A stretch of DNA of 64,000 nt from Takakia lepidozioides. Its lineage: Eukaryota; Plantae; Bryophyta. Position numbers and translations under genes: made by a program. Shown piece by piece: positions 1 through 12,626 of this stretch; the stretch's first letter is position 1; each line of letters starts with the position of its first letter. The stretch is from the NCBI GenBank assembly GCA_030704615.1, contig CM060733.1, positions 26,908,001 through 26,972,000 on the forward strand, in the 5' to 3' direction. The notes under the pieces were generated by a model, which did no database searches, was not told the DNA's origin, and saw only the letters and a list, made by a program, of their open reading frames with translations.

Positions 1-780
1 CAAACTCTGGTTACACTCCATATTTTCTCATCCCCAGCCAATGGTGGGACAATCAAGGCCAGAGTCTGTTATCTTACAGAAACCTTTGCTCTTCTGGGGC
101 TCTTTAAAAGCGTAGAAGTTACTTGCAGTTCCAAGCTCATGGTTATGTGATGTTCAATCCTCGTTGTTGCTGAAAACAACAAATGAGTCGAGAACCACTC
201 CAACGAGATCTCCCGGCAAGTGATTCGTAATTCCGTGTTTAAACTGCAGAAAGCAACCTTTCCAGCACACGGTAATGCAAATGAAGATTTAGTATCTGTG
301 AAGTAGCATGGAACTCCGAGTCAGTCCCCTTCGTTTGGTCTTCGTTTGGTCTTCGAACAGCAAACGAAGTTGAGTACATTACAGACAGCAACACGTATTC
401 TAAAGCTTGGAATCAATATATACGCATGCATCTCATGAGAATCTCATTAGGTGTTCATGAGGGACTTATCTGCTAAATCCGGCAATGTCCCATGCTTTTC
501 AGTTGCCATGTACGGTGTTCGAAGTCTGTGTCTTTGCCCAAGCAAATAATGAGCACTGTCAGACTGGGTTCCGAATGGTCTGGGGCTTACATAAAGCTCG
601 AATTCTTGTACAAGTAAACTGCAGTGGGTTTGGACGTGTAGTATTCTCATTGAAGGCCTCTTTCTTGATTTCTTATCGTAGTCGAGGCCGTGTCATCAAG
701 AGAGGGTGTGTCCAGTTGACAGAGTCAAGTTTGTTGAAGGCAAGAGGAAATTGCGGCATCATCTACAACAACGGGCTTGC

Positions 781-1890
781 CTACAGCACAGTATCCAAGC
801 TAGGTGTAAACACCAACCCAGCAGCATGTAAGAACTTGCCATGCAGAGAGCTTGCAGGCACTTCGACTTCCTGCCAGATGTGTTGAGACAGATCATAAAC
901 CACCATACTGAACCATGTAGAAGTGGTCAAGTTCATCTAGATTCGCCCGTTATGTGCAACACAACAATCGACAGTCATACATTCTGACGAGGCATTCAGT
1001 GCGTAAGGCAACTTTGACACCAGTATCCAACTTTCTGTTGCTGTCGGATTGAATGCATGTATGTTTATCAGTATAGTGTAGTCATGCCATTGCTTTGCCA
1101 CCATGAAAACCTTCCGCCCATCAGTAACAAGTAGTGGTAGTTGATAGCAGTTTTGAAACACATACCGAGTGTCCCCCCATTCCCCACTTCTGACATCGTA
1201 GATAATCACCTCGACTGACATGGATTCGTGGCTGAACTGACACATGCAATACAACAATCCATCACTGAAAACTCTCCCATGCATGTGATACATTCCAGTG
1301 AAGCAAAGCTGTGAAGGCGGTCTGCCAGTCTCCTTCCAAGAACATGATGCAGAATCATACACCTCTGTTCTTGTGATATCATCAAGCGCATTGTTCCATG
1401 TCTTTAACACCCGTATGACCTTAAATTGTCCTAGTATTGGATCCAGCACCAAGGTGATGAATAATCCCCTAAAATGACTGTTGAGCCCATCAGGAAGCTG
1501 TCTCCACACCTTCGTCAATGGATTCCAGATGAACACCGTTTGAGACTCCCTTAAAAAGAGACACAAGAGACCTCCTGTTGTAGCTGGACAAGATAATGCC
1601 TGATTCCCTACTTGATTGAGCAACTGAACAGGAACAGACGGCATGGCATGCCACTCATTATCTGTCAAGCTGTAAGTTATGTAATCCTTGTGATGGTAAT
1701 CCCTAGGAAACAAGAGACAACAGTGGCCCTTGGGTATCGCAGCCCAAAACCTCATAAAGTCTTCAGAGAGAACGATGGAACTATATCTCTTGCAAACTGT
1801 TAGAAAGCGGAAAAGACTTGCCAGGGGCAGCCGTGCCAACACATGATGGATCAAATCCTCAGGAAACACACCACACACTCTTTCGTCCAT
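781..1890 (-). pseudogene. F-box protein (F-box plus kelch/FBA-like beta-propeller), frameshifted near the C-terminus
   Basis: ORF 1890..937 starts with an F-box motif (FPEDLIHHVLARLPLASLFRFLTVCKRY), followed by GGLLCL...WNPLTKVWRQLP and EVYDSASCSW repeats. After the TAG at 937-939, another frame continues LDELDHFYMVQYGVYDLSQHIWQEV...GLVFTPSLDTVL* (stop 781-783), a typical C-terminus for this family. Confidence 0.8.
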
Positions 1891-3826
1891 GCAAGCTTCA
1901 GTTATCGTGCTTCTTACTGATATTCAATCAACCTCGCTGGCTTTGATCTGGTATGATGCTATTGCCTACAAAAAGCCTAAGCCACCCCACATTATCAACC
2001 TGAGACTTCACCTGGTTGCGGGAATTCTAGAGACAAAAGACTATAAAGAGTTGGAGAAAAACCAACCTTGAACTAAGATGTAAGGATTTCAGAGCAACGG
2101 GATGGAATGTTTATTTGTTATGAAGGGGCAATGAAGTCTTTTGATAAGTAAACCGGACAGGTAGTGTTCGGAAGAGGTTCCTTGAGCTGTTTCCTTGGTC
2201 GTAAGTACCCGCCACATGATGTTCTCCCGATGTTCTCTTTCTACCTTTCTAGATCTACTTACCTCTTCGAATCTGCAAAGTTGCATGCAAATAGGTGTCA
2301 GGAGTCATAGTCCAGCGCAGGTAGCGCTTTTGAAGCTGGCTATTGCTTTTCTAACTTCAGCTAGACCTTCGTATGCGATTGCAGCGGGCATCGAACCAGG
2401 CTGCATACGAAGCGGCCCTACAACTGCGCGAGAAGTTGCCTAGGTAGAACAGGAAGCCTTTTGGAGACAGTAGAGCATTGTGTTTTGTACTTTCCCCTCT
2501 CCTATCAGGCCTGGAAAATCTCTCGAAAATCTCCCTTCAATTCTATTCCAATTGGTTCTCCTTTCCTATTCCGTTCTCCCCTTCCTTATTCTTAACTTTC
2601 ATTCTGGTTCATGATGGAAAATCTACCCAGTTTGGGTACGTTGAGGGCGCATACCCTTTGGCCCAGCTCTACAATCAAGATGCACTTTTATCTTTGACAA
2701 TGCCTACCCTTGCCTGAGATCTGTCTTGTTTAAGATCTACATGGAGCTGTTGACTGAGGGTAGGAAGGCATGGAAGGAGTTGATTGCAACTCTTCCAAAA
2801 TTCTCTTAACGCAGGGTCGCTAAACTTTTCACTGATTTCGACTCCATTTGGGGCAAAGACAGCATCCTCTGCACCAAAAGTTCTTCTACAAGGATTGAAT
2901 GGACCATCGAGCCCCCACAAGGAATTGCAGCTCGATTAACTCTAGGACCTCCCCCACGGACGCGGAGATCAACTGGCGTCATAAGAAGATTATGAATTGC
3001 AAGTTGTAGTTACAGCTGCTGTATACATCTCTAACGCAAGCGGTAGTTCCCTTCTTAGTTCTGATCCTGGCTCCTTCGGTCTGCCTTCTATGCGCTCTTT
3101 TCCTGTCACTCGTCTTTCTTTGCTTCTCTAAATCTTTTATTCAGTCTAAACTATTTTTTGGTCATCGCCTTCAGCAGGATCCTCTATATTCCTGGGCAGC
3201 TTTGTGGGCCATTTGAAATAACCTTAATGTTGGAGTTACAGTACTGATGAAAATCCAACTGATGGGCTATGGAACCGGGTTGATTGTACTGTTATTCTAG
3301 TTACATCTAGTTGTGGCTATATACAGGCTTATTTTTGTTTACAGTGAGATTCTTAAGAATTTAGTTGGACTTGACAGGCTTGCTATGTGATGCACAGATT
3401 CTTGCTCAAGAGGATGATTGTAGTCTTGTTCAGCAAGCCCTTGTTGCTGAGATATGTAGACGCATAGCAAGATGTGCACACACAATTTCATTCAGCCAAG
3501 TACACATGCAAAGAACACCCAAAGAGTCCGAGCCCACAACTTAAATAGCTTGAATAACATGATGAGCACTGCGTTCTCGGAGTGGCTGCCCGAATGTCAG
3601 CACCTCAGCATCACGTTGGCATGCACATCAGCCCCTCCCAATTTCTAATCTAGCTGTTACAATAAGATCCAAGTAGAATCAGGACTTCGCAACTCTTCAT
3701 AAATTATCTACTGAAAAGGAGCGCTGACAAACAAGCGCACTACCTAAAAATAGACTAATAGCCCAAAAGATTCAAAGAAAGAGATGCAGCTTTAGGGCAC
3801 TTAGGAGTTCGACGTGTTATCCCGGC

Positions 3827-5474
3827 CTATTCAAGTTTGACAGCGATGACAGATGATACACAAGAGATAAAGTCTAGATCTTCCTGCAGTCTCTTTGCAG
3901 CATCATGAGGCAGTTTGAAGTTTATTTCTACTGTGCCATCCTTGTGCAGTGGTAGAAAATCGATCATGGGAGTGGGGGGAGCCTTTTTGTAGTATAAGGG
4001 AGTATGGGCAAAAGCAGGGCCCCATCCGAAGTCACAATGTTCAAGACTTGGGAACTGAGTCGAACCTGCTGTAAACACATCAGTTAACGGTCGAACATCA
4101 TTGACAAAGAACCATTCCTTTTTCTCTTTCTCCATCATCGTAAAACAGGACTTGATGTGTTGAGCGGTGAGATCTGCAATCGTCTTGTGCAGCAGGTTTG
4201 CAGCATATGAGATACTATTTCCCAAAAGCTTTCCTACGGTGCTTACTGCCACTGCGTCAAGGAGTGCATTTCCAAAATAATTCTTAGAGAGTTCTGGCCA
4301 CCGTTTCCTGCAATCGACGATATTGAAGTATCGAGTTTCCTCCGTATCGGCAAGCAATCGTGCCCGGGTAATGGCCCTCCAGACATGTGCACTGATCACT
4401 ACATAAGTACTGTACGTAGACCCACCTGGTGAATCCTGCAATGCTTTCTCTTTGAGCTTCTTTTGCATCGGCAGATCAAAAAAAATGTGCAAAGTTGTTG
4501 GGTCTCGGGCACGAGGTGCATGAGGACCCTTTGGAACCTCGACGAAAGGATTACCCAACAACGGTACTTTCTTGGTGAAAGCCTTAAGAACGGTGTCTGT
4601 CCAATCTGAGTTGTCTGACTCTGCCAATCTGATTACATTCGCTCGCGAGCTAAAATTGGGAGGAAGGGAGATCCGTTCCCCACGGGCGACCTCTGCCCAT
4701 GACTTGATCAATTGCCACATTGTCATTCCATCTGCGATTCCATGGAAGAAGGCATAACCAACTACATAGCCGCCACACTTGAGATGAGTGACCTGCGTTC
4801 AAAGGAATCGATGTCGCTCAAAACTCGAAGTGGGTCACATTGCCCTCAAAAGTGCTAAGCTCATGTGATCATTGCCTTCACACCTGAAATTATAGAAGCC
4901 ATTTATTGACGTGTACAGATATAGGAAGCTCACCTGGGCGCCAAAAAGAGGGCCGCTGGTATGCCAGGTACCAAGGTCCTTCAAATCGAAGGGGATCGCT
5001 TGGGCAAAGTGTTGATACATGTCAGCCATGTTGTAATTACTTAGCTCCCGCACAGTGATGGGAGCTGAAGCCTCAACAAACTCCACCCCTGCGTCGTTAC
5101 AGTCCACGACTGTCTCCCCATCTTCCTCTTGTACACACCTGCCTGCATGACATGTCAAGGTCTCTCAACTCGTAGTTTCCCCGAAGCCTAGATACCAAAG
5201 CTGACACGACAGACAGGGTGGATATTTTACCTGCAAGTGGGTAGTAGTATGCCAGCGCTCTTGAGAGACTCTCCCTTAGTCTCTCATTGAACTGCTCCAC
5301 ACTGAGGTCTTCTTGAGCGCATGCATCGAACAGCAGCACGCGTCGGAGGGGAGGAACCTTTATCATGCGGAGATCAAAGCTTGTAAGTTGGAGCCGCTTC
5401 AACTCCCGGCTGTCGTGAGGACGTTGCGTGGGAACCACCATGGTTTTTGACAGGACAGTCACTTCCACGTCCAT
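3827..5474 (-). CDS. BAHD-family acyltransferase, 3 exons
   Basis: Exons 5474-5231, 5142-4934 and 4792-3827, with GT-AG borders and compatible phases. Motifs: YYPLAGR, DCNDAGVEFVEA, catalytic HxxxDG (HGIADG), YFGNA and DFGWG. Confidence 0.93.
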
Positions 5475-7639
5475 TTTAAATAGTGTCAACTTCACCGAGA
5501 CTCTCGCTCCGGCCCTCGAAAGTTTGTGGACTTAGTGAGCTACGTGAAAGCTGGGTAGAAATCCAGAGCCAAAGAGTAAGAAATCGATTGAAGATCAATC
5601 ATATCAATGCTGATCGATCACGAGTCAGGAAGCAGAGTCAGCTGGAGCTGGAATCCACGAACCTCAGGTAAGTGTATAGTTCAACCGACCTGTGAACATC
5701 AGAGGAACTTTGAACGGCAAGTGCGCATCGCAGCCTCCTGCACTGCAGCAAATCGGGACGCAGGGGGGCTCCCTCAGAAAGGTGGTAGGAGTATGCGAAA
5801 ACCTCCTTTCATATATACCGCCTTGAAGCTCTGGCGTTTGATGGAGGTTGGGACGTGCAGCGCGAGGCGCAGCTGAACCGGGTGGGTTATTAGTGTTTCA
5901 GATCATGAAGGTCCCTTTTCACTAAGTCCCATGACACATCGAGTGGTCCTCGAGTACGTTTCGATTAGCGTAGTCAGATACGTAAAGCTCAATAAATAGT
6001 CAAGTTAATGTAACTCATGAGTAGTTTGACTGAATAATCAGTAAAGTGAAAGATGACGTGCACCTTTTGGGCACCATTCGTTCCTGTACAGCTTGCCATG
6101 CTTTGCAGCTTTTTCATTCACCGATAGATGAAAAAATTGCAAGAAAGAAGCTGAATGCGGTGAGTGGAGGCGCATGACTTAGAATTTTTCTAAGATGCCT
6201 CCCATGTCTTGGAAAGATTTTCCAAATTTCTTCCTTTGTATTTTCCAAGATCTTATTGAGTAGAATTTCATGACCATGGACCTTGCAGGGAATTCCATGT
6301 AAAGTTCCACGTGTGCCACTTCTTAGGCTGGAAAATCTTTATGCTAGGGAAGGCCCTGTTGGAGGGCGTTCCTGACTTTCGGGCCTTAACCTTGAACTAA
6401 CGATGTCGGGGCCTCAAAACGAGAAACGCCCTCCCTTAGACATGAATGAAAAGGTAGAGGGAACAGGAGGGGAACAACAACGCGGGGAAGACGTATGTGG
6501 GAAGGCCCCGATCATATGCATGGATGAAGTGCGTGTCTTGGATCTTTGACGTATGAACCGCGTCAGCCGCTCCTTGCAAGTGGCAATTCTATGTTGTGGC
6601 AAGTTGGCATTGCTTTGGTGTGATTCGCACACAATGTGGAGAGCTATCTTGTCTCTCTACTTCTTAGTGTCTCTCTCCCATTTCTTGGATTGTGAGTTGT
6701 GTGAGTTTGAGATATTGACAGAAGAGAAAGGTGCCGAGAGCTAGAGCTTGACAGCTGGTAGAGTTCAGGTGTAATGGTGCTCCTCAATGCACCTCCCCCT
6801 GCACTGGCACATCTTGCCAAAGAGGCGGTTGTGAACGGAACATGGGCAAAAAAGCTTGGGGGCCAACAACAAGTAAGTGGCTGAATTGGTTAGGACTTTA
6901 AACGAGGATTACCTACTTAGTATTGAAACGCCATAAGCGTGTTGTTTGCCCCTCTATCCTACAACTTGTAAACTTTAGACCTATACTTGTGGCGCAGACA
7001 AGCTACAAATTTACCCAGCTAGGTTGAGCAAAAGGAGGAAGGCGATCATTGTGGCTTCTCTAGCCAAGTGAATGCAATGCTGAGGAACAATATGTGGTCC
7101 GATTTCTCTGCATCTTCCGATACTCCAAATTTTTGTCTAGTTTGGGGAGCTATTTGATAATATTGCAAAGAGTGGTTGTTGGTACAAATGAGGGGCAACC
7201 CTCTAACCAATATCCTTATGTGATTTTAATCTTATGTCTATGCTTGAATATTGTTATGTATCTAGGTATCAATGGATATAAGTTGGGTTTGGTCATGAAG
7301 AGGTTGTATTAGAGTTTGTTAGCAAGTCGTTTGGATAGAGAGTCAATTGGTAAGCTTGTGTTTTGGAACCTTTCCAGTTCACCTGATGTTTGTTTGCAAA
7401 TTAGGGATGGTGCAATATAGCTCTCTGTGGGTGTGAGGCAACTTGTTTTTAGTACCTATTCCACTAGTTGATGCAAATTTCTGTCATTTTGTAATCGACA
7501 TCGAATTGTGATAAGATGATAGCCTCTACCTTAGCCCATTTTGATAAAAAAATGGCAAGAAATTCAGATCGATTTGGTATGTATGTAGCAGAACCCTATG
7601 CCTCCTTGTTCTCATAAGAGTGACATATAGCAGTGAGCT

Positions 7640-9690
7640 AATCCAAAAACACATGCCTCTCTACTGCAATATGACAATAGTGTGACAGGAAATAGTGCAG
7701 GTAAAAGCACTGCACGTTGTCCTTCCCTACTTTCCCCCTTTCATACGCTATGTCCCAAAGGACACAGAGACCATGTGACACATTAGGGATGTAGTACATG
7801 GTTGGCTCCAGAGCGCAACGTCGTGCCCTCCTCATTTGCAAACCGGGTGGCCCTAAATCTTGGTTGTCAAATATGCTCAAGGGGGTGATTAGCGTGCATA
7901 TCCTCAATATGTGTGGTCTACCTATCACTTAGCAACAGTTCCAAGGGTTAAAGATCCTATACATAGCTGGTAGAAAGCCACAATATTTGTTTAAAACCCT
8001 ATGAAGTAATGCTAAAATCAGATCTACGTATATTGAAAAACATGTTTTGCAATAGACTTAGTATCCTTGCAACCTCTCATATCCCCGAAAGTACCAAGCA
8101 CGATATCGGCCTTGCTAATTAATTTGGCGGACACGGTGTGTGTTCCCAACACCTACATATTCATCCACTACCTATTGCAATATAGGCACGTAGATAGCAA
8201 TAAAAGGCGCCCTTTGATAAGGATCGTCGGGATGTACAAGCCTTGGGCAACCAACTCCTGAAATGAATTCTTGTAGGACCAAATGATTTTTTTCCCAAAG
8301 AAGCCTCTACCAGTGCTCGATCCTCTATACATAATTCTCTTTAAAACATTCAACAAACAACAATAAATATAAATGACAAGACGTTCAAGGTAGGGTCAAA
8401 TATCACATGGAACCCTCTTAAACCACAGTTGAAAAGGCAAAGACAATATAGAAACAGTTAGCCAATTGTATAATACTGTACCTGATTATGAACAGAAGCA
8501 CCTACAAGAAAGACATTCCGTGTATGTGGCCGTGCCTCCTCCATGAATCTGCAAATGAAGGCATGCTTTGATGCAAACTCGGAGCGCGCTCGTAATCGTA
8601 ATGGGGCTCCAAATCCTGAACTGAACGGCTCAAAATGGTCTCATGTTGTTTATCTGAAGCTACTCTTGCATAAACCACATAATGAGAGGCATCATCAATA
8701 TCTCCACGAACTTGAAATTTATACATTGATAGTTTGTCATAGGCTGTAAAACGCACCAAGATTAACATAGACCTTGAGAAATGATATGAAACTCTTTGCC
8801 CCCCCCTCCCAAAAAATAAAAAAACTAACAATACATGTGAAAGCAACTCGAAACTTGATGAATACAACACATATGCACTCAAACTCACAGTCAATATGTC
8901 AAAGTGCCATGGGCACAGTGACGTTGTATTGCCGTTGGGTCAAGGGCGATGCCCACCGTCATCTTTATAATGGGCACATGTCAAACAGAAGAGAAACTAT
9001 ATCGAACATGACTTCGGATATCCAATTTTGAATTGACAGTACAGATACAGAATGAAAATCCAAGGGGGAAGGGACTCATACCTGATAACACATGCAATGA
9101 TCTTGCAATCTTCCTCCGAGGGATCATAACGTCAAGTTGCGCAAGGGTAGCTTTGACATGCCTTATCCCCCAGTTTGCTCTGTGCTCCCTAATTGGAAGG
9201 AATGTCTGAACTTCTCAAACAACTCTGCCATTGTGAAGAGATCAAATACCTTCAATTTGTATCCCAACGCCTTTGTCAACAGTCTCTTGACTTGTCTGGC
9301 AATGCAATGTTCAGTGCTTCCACAATTCTTTTGAAATGAACTCACGCAACATCCTCTGGACATATTCCACCATATCAGCTACAGGCTATATATTCGACTC
9401 TTCCATACCTTTTTGGTGGAACTTGCAGCTCTTACATTCTACAAAACCGCAACACAACAGACCACATTCAGGGGAAATTCGGAGGTTTCAAGATATGAGT
9501 ATTGTGTTTGATTCCCTTCAATGAGGTTATCAACGAGGGCTTGAAAAGTATGATTCAAGATCTCCAACAATGGCTTCCGGGAAATCTTATTCATTTCGAT
9601 CAATGTTATGATATTAACGTGCATATTGTGAAGAATCTAGAAAAATATGGGTTCCCCAAAGAGAACACATTCCAAGCGGCAAGCCTTCTA
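7640..9690 (-). mobile_element. Degenerate intron-containing DDE integrase/transposase (IS3EU-like / eukaryotic integrase-core family)
   Basis: Hand translation across introns gives HTH-like NWGIRHVKATLAQLDVMIPRRKIARSL (exon ending 9082), QRQYNVTVPMAL*HID-S-YDKLSMYKFQVRGDIDDASHYVVY (intron 8888-8744, phase-compatible), GASVHNQ|RIEHW*R (intron 8481-8325) and NTHRVR. It carries several stops and frameshifts. Outer boundaries are approximate. Confidence 0.75.
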
Positions 9691-11404
9691 CAAGATTATA
9701 GAAACATAACATTTTAGCTAACCAGTGTTGGACTGATCTATAGGTGAAGGACATGTATATATATTGGTATAGATACCAGACCCACCTGATATCATTTGGG
9801 AGAATACTTGATCATATAGCATACCATGCTGATATCAGTTTTTTCATACTAGCCACAATACTAGTACTCCCCAGCCGTCTTCCTCATTTACTATGTGTAC
9901 TATACTAATTTATGTGTACATGTGCCTACGTACTTGTGATGATGTAGATTTACTTCTTTATGTGTATTTTATTTGTTGTCATTTGATACTTGCTATTTCA
10001 TAAACCTGTAATTCAAGATGGCTTCGAGTGATACCAGAGTTGATACCTCATACGAGCTGGTTTTGTGGTCATGATACTCCTACTCGTATCAATATTTGGG
10101 GAAAAATACGTCCACCATTAAAGTTAGGCCACTTTGTTGAGCTCGTGCCCAGTTTACTCAGACTCGTGCCCATTTTATTGGACTTAACAATAGGCTCAAA
10201 CTGCCCACCAAAGCCGCATGTGGGGATTTATCAGAGGGTCAAAGAGGGCGGGACTTACGGATAACTTTATTATATAGACCAGATTGGTATGAAAGTTTTG
10301 TAATCCGTTTGGTACGAGGACCAGAATGGTATGTAAACTTGACACCAGTCCAACACTGGAACTAGCGTGAAAGATTCTCATCTTAGTATTTGCACATCAG
10401 TATGTGTATTAGTGTAGTATATAGTGAGGGTTAGTAGCGGGTTCGTAGCGGGTCCGTGTAAGCCTAAGCTTGACGTTCATTTAATTGGTCTTGGACGTAT
10501 TAAACAGGTTCTAGACACATTAAACATGATGATTAATGTTTAAGGATGATGGCTTTTAAGTTGGATGAAAACAAACACGTGTCATTACCAACCACATGGA
10601 TGATGGAAGATAAATCGCCATTAATATCTAACCTAAAGTGTGTGTGGTCAACCTGGATAATTGTTATGCTCCAAGAGTATAGACTCTATAATAATTAGGC
10701 AATTATATCAAATAGCAGTAAAACAGGTTGAAATTTCATAACGTAACAATTTAAATTTTAACATTAATAATTGAAACGGCCATTTAAATAGTTCAAATGA
10801 TAAATTCAATATTCAAATGGGTCATTTGGACTATTCAAATGGTCATTTCAATATTTTGAATTTGAATACTAGTACATTTTTTTTTTAATTATTATTTAAA
10901 AAACCATATCCGAGTTCATATTTCCAGGTTATTGACATTGCTCATATCCGGATTGATTTTGTTTTTCAAAAAACCACCTATTCATACCAGATTCTACTTG
11001 AAATTGAGGGCTGCATTATTGGAAAACCTACCTGCCTTAAAAAAAATAGCACGTATACCATACCAACACTGGTGTTAACCTTACTTAACTGAGTGTGTCA
11101 CCAACTTTAGGGGTTGTTATTCATGGAGGTGATTTGTTAGTGGCCAGAATGGATGGATTACTCCTTATCTGATCCAACTAGTTTAGAGGTGTATATTGAA
11201 TCAATTACAGAGTTGTTTTAACAAAGAGGAGAGTAGGTATTCAATAACAAATAAGAAATAACACTCTTTTTGTCATTCTTAGTGTATATGTTTACAGAGT
11301 AAGAAAATCATAACATTTATGAGCGGCTCTGCGACAAGAGGCCATGTCCTTTGGTGATTTTGTGGTTGTTGGTTTATACCTTTTCTAGGGCTTCATGAAT
11401 CATG

Positions 11405-11873
11405 CCCATCAACCCTCCATAGACTAGGCTTAATGGATAAGCCTCTAGTTCTCTCGCTAAAGATGTCTCCACAATGCCTCTATCCCTTGCGGGTCCCATC
11501 AACCCTCTAAAGACTAGTCTCTCTCTCTCTAGGCTTAATGGATGAGCCTAGTTCTCCGTTCTCTACCTAGCTCCGCCAAGGCAAGAAGCCTCCACAATGC
11601 CTCTATCCATTGCGGGTCCCATCAACCTTCTAAAGACTAGGGGGGCTCTCTCTCTCTATATAGGCTTAATGGATGAGCCTAGTTCTCCATTCTCTGCCTA
11701 GCTCCGCCTAGGCAAGAAGCCTCCACAACGCCTCTACCCATTGCGGGTCCATCAACCCTCTATAGACTAAGCTCTTTCTCTCTCTCTAGGCTTAATGGAT
11801 AAGCCTAGTTCTCCGTTCTCTGCCTAGCTCCGCCTAGGCAAGAAGTCTCCACAATGCCTCTATCCCTTACGGG
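11405..11873. repeat. Tandem minisatellite, 4 units of about 90-130 bp
   Basis: Units start at about 11405, 11495, 11618 and 11749 and share CCATCAACC(C/T)TC..AGACTA..(CT)n..AGGCTTAATGGAT(G/A)AGCCT..CTCCACAA(T/C)GCCTCTA..CGGG. Confidence 0.92.
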
Positions 11874-12626
11874 ACATAGCCAACAAAAATAGGTAACTTT
11901 TATCCAGGTAGACTTGATGATGAATTTTTGGCGTATATTGTAAATCCTGTGTATTTATGACGCTTTGATTACACACTTGGATGACTGGATTTAACTGGTC
12001 ATCCCATTATGGATGACCAACTAGAGCTGGTCCACTATTTTTTAGAAAAGGTATCTAAGAAAAATAGATACGTGTAAATAGCATCCATTGTACCAAGATA
12101 CCTTTTCTGATGAGGCTATTGAGGGACTCTTATAGAGTTGTCAAAACATTATTGGCAGTCGTTTTTGACAATGTTATTGAAAGTCGTTTTTGAAAGGAGA
12201 GTATTTTGGAGCCACCCACCAAATTCTTGACAAAATGCGGTTGAACAAGGAATTATTTTTGGCCTAAGGAAAATGAGTCATATAATGCGCATGAAAAAAA
12301 GGATGGATCAGATTTTTTCCTTGAGTATTCCCAATTGTGTTTGAAACCGTGCAATAAAATTTATTGTGATCTATCTGTTATCAGCTCAGATGCAATGAAC
12401 TTGATAGGTAAGTAATGATGGGTGGGTAGTATGTGAATTTGATAGCAGCTCTTGCCAAGGTCAAAACTCATCTACACCCAGAAGCACAAAGGGCCCGAAC
12501 ATTATAACTTATTTACACATCATGAATGCAACATTTTGGTGACCCTTCCATCTGTTTCAAATTATTCAACTCAAACCACCCTAGTACAACTAGGGAGTGG
12601 TCAAACACAATTCTACTGAATAATGC

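Noticed and set aside
485-886. 133-aa plus-strand ORF
   Set aside because: Partly antisense to the frameshifted F-box tail and has no recognisable domain.
6715-6735. TTGACAGAAGAGA resembling the 5' end of miR156
   Set aside because: The match stops after 13 nt and I see no complementary arm.
11405-11873. CRISPR-like array (repeats with hairpins)
   Set aside because: Whole units are repeated with no unique spacers, there are no cas genes, and the context is eukaryotic.
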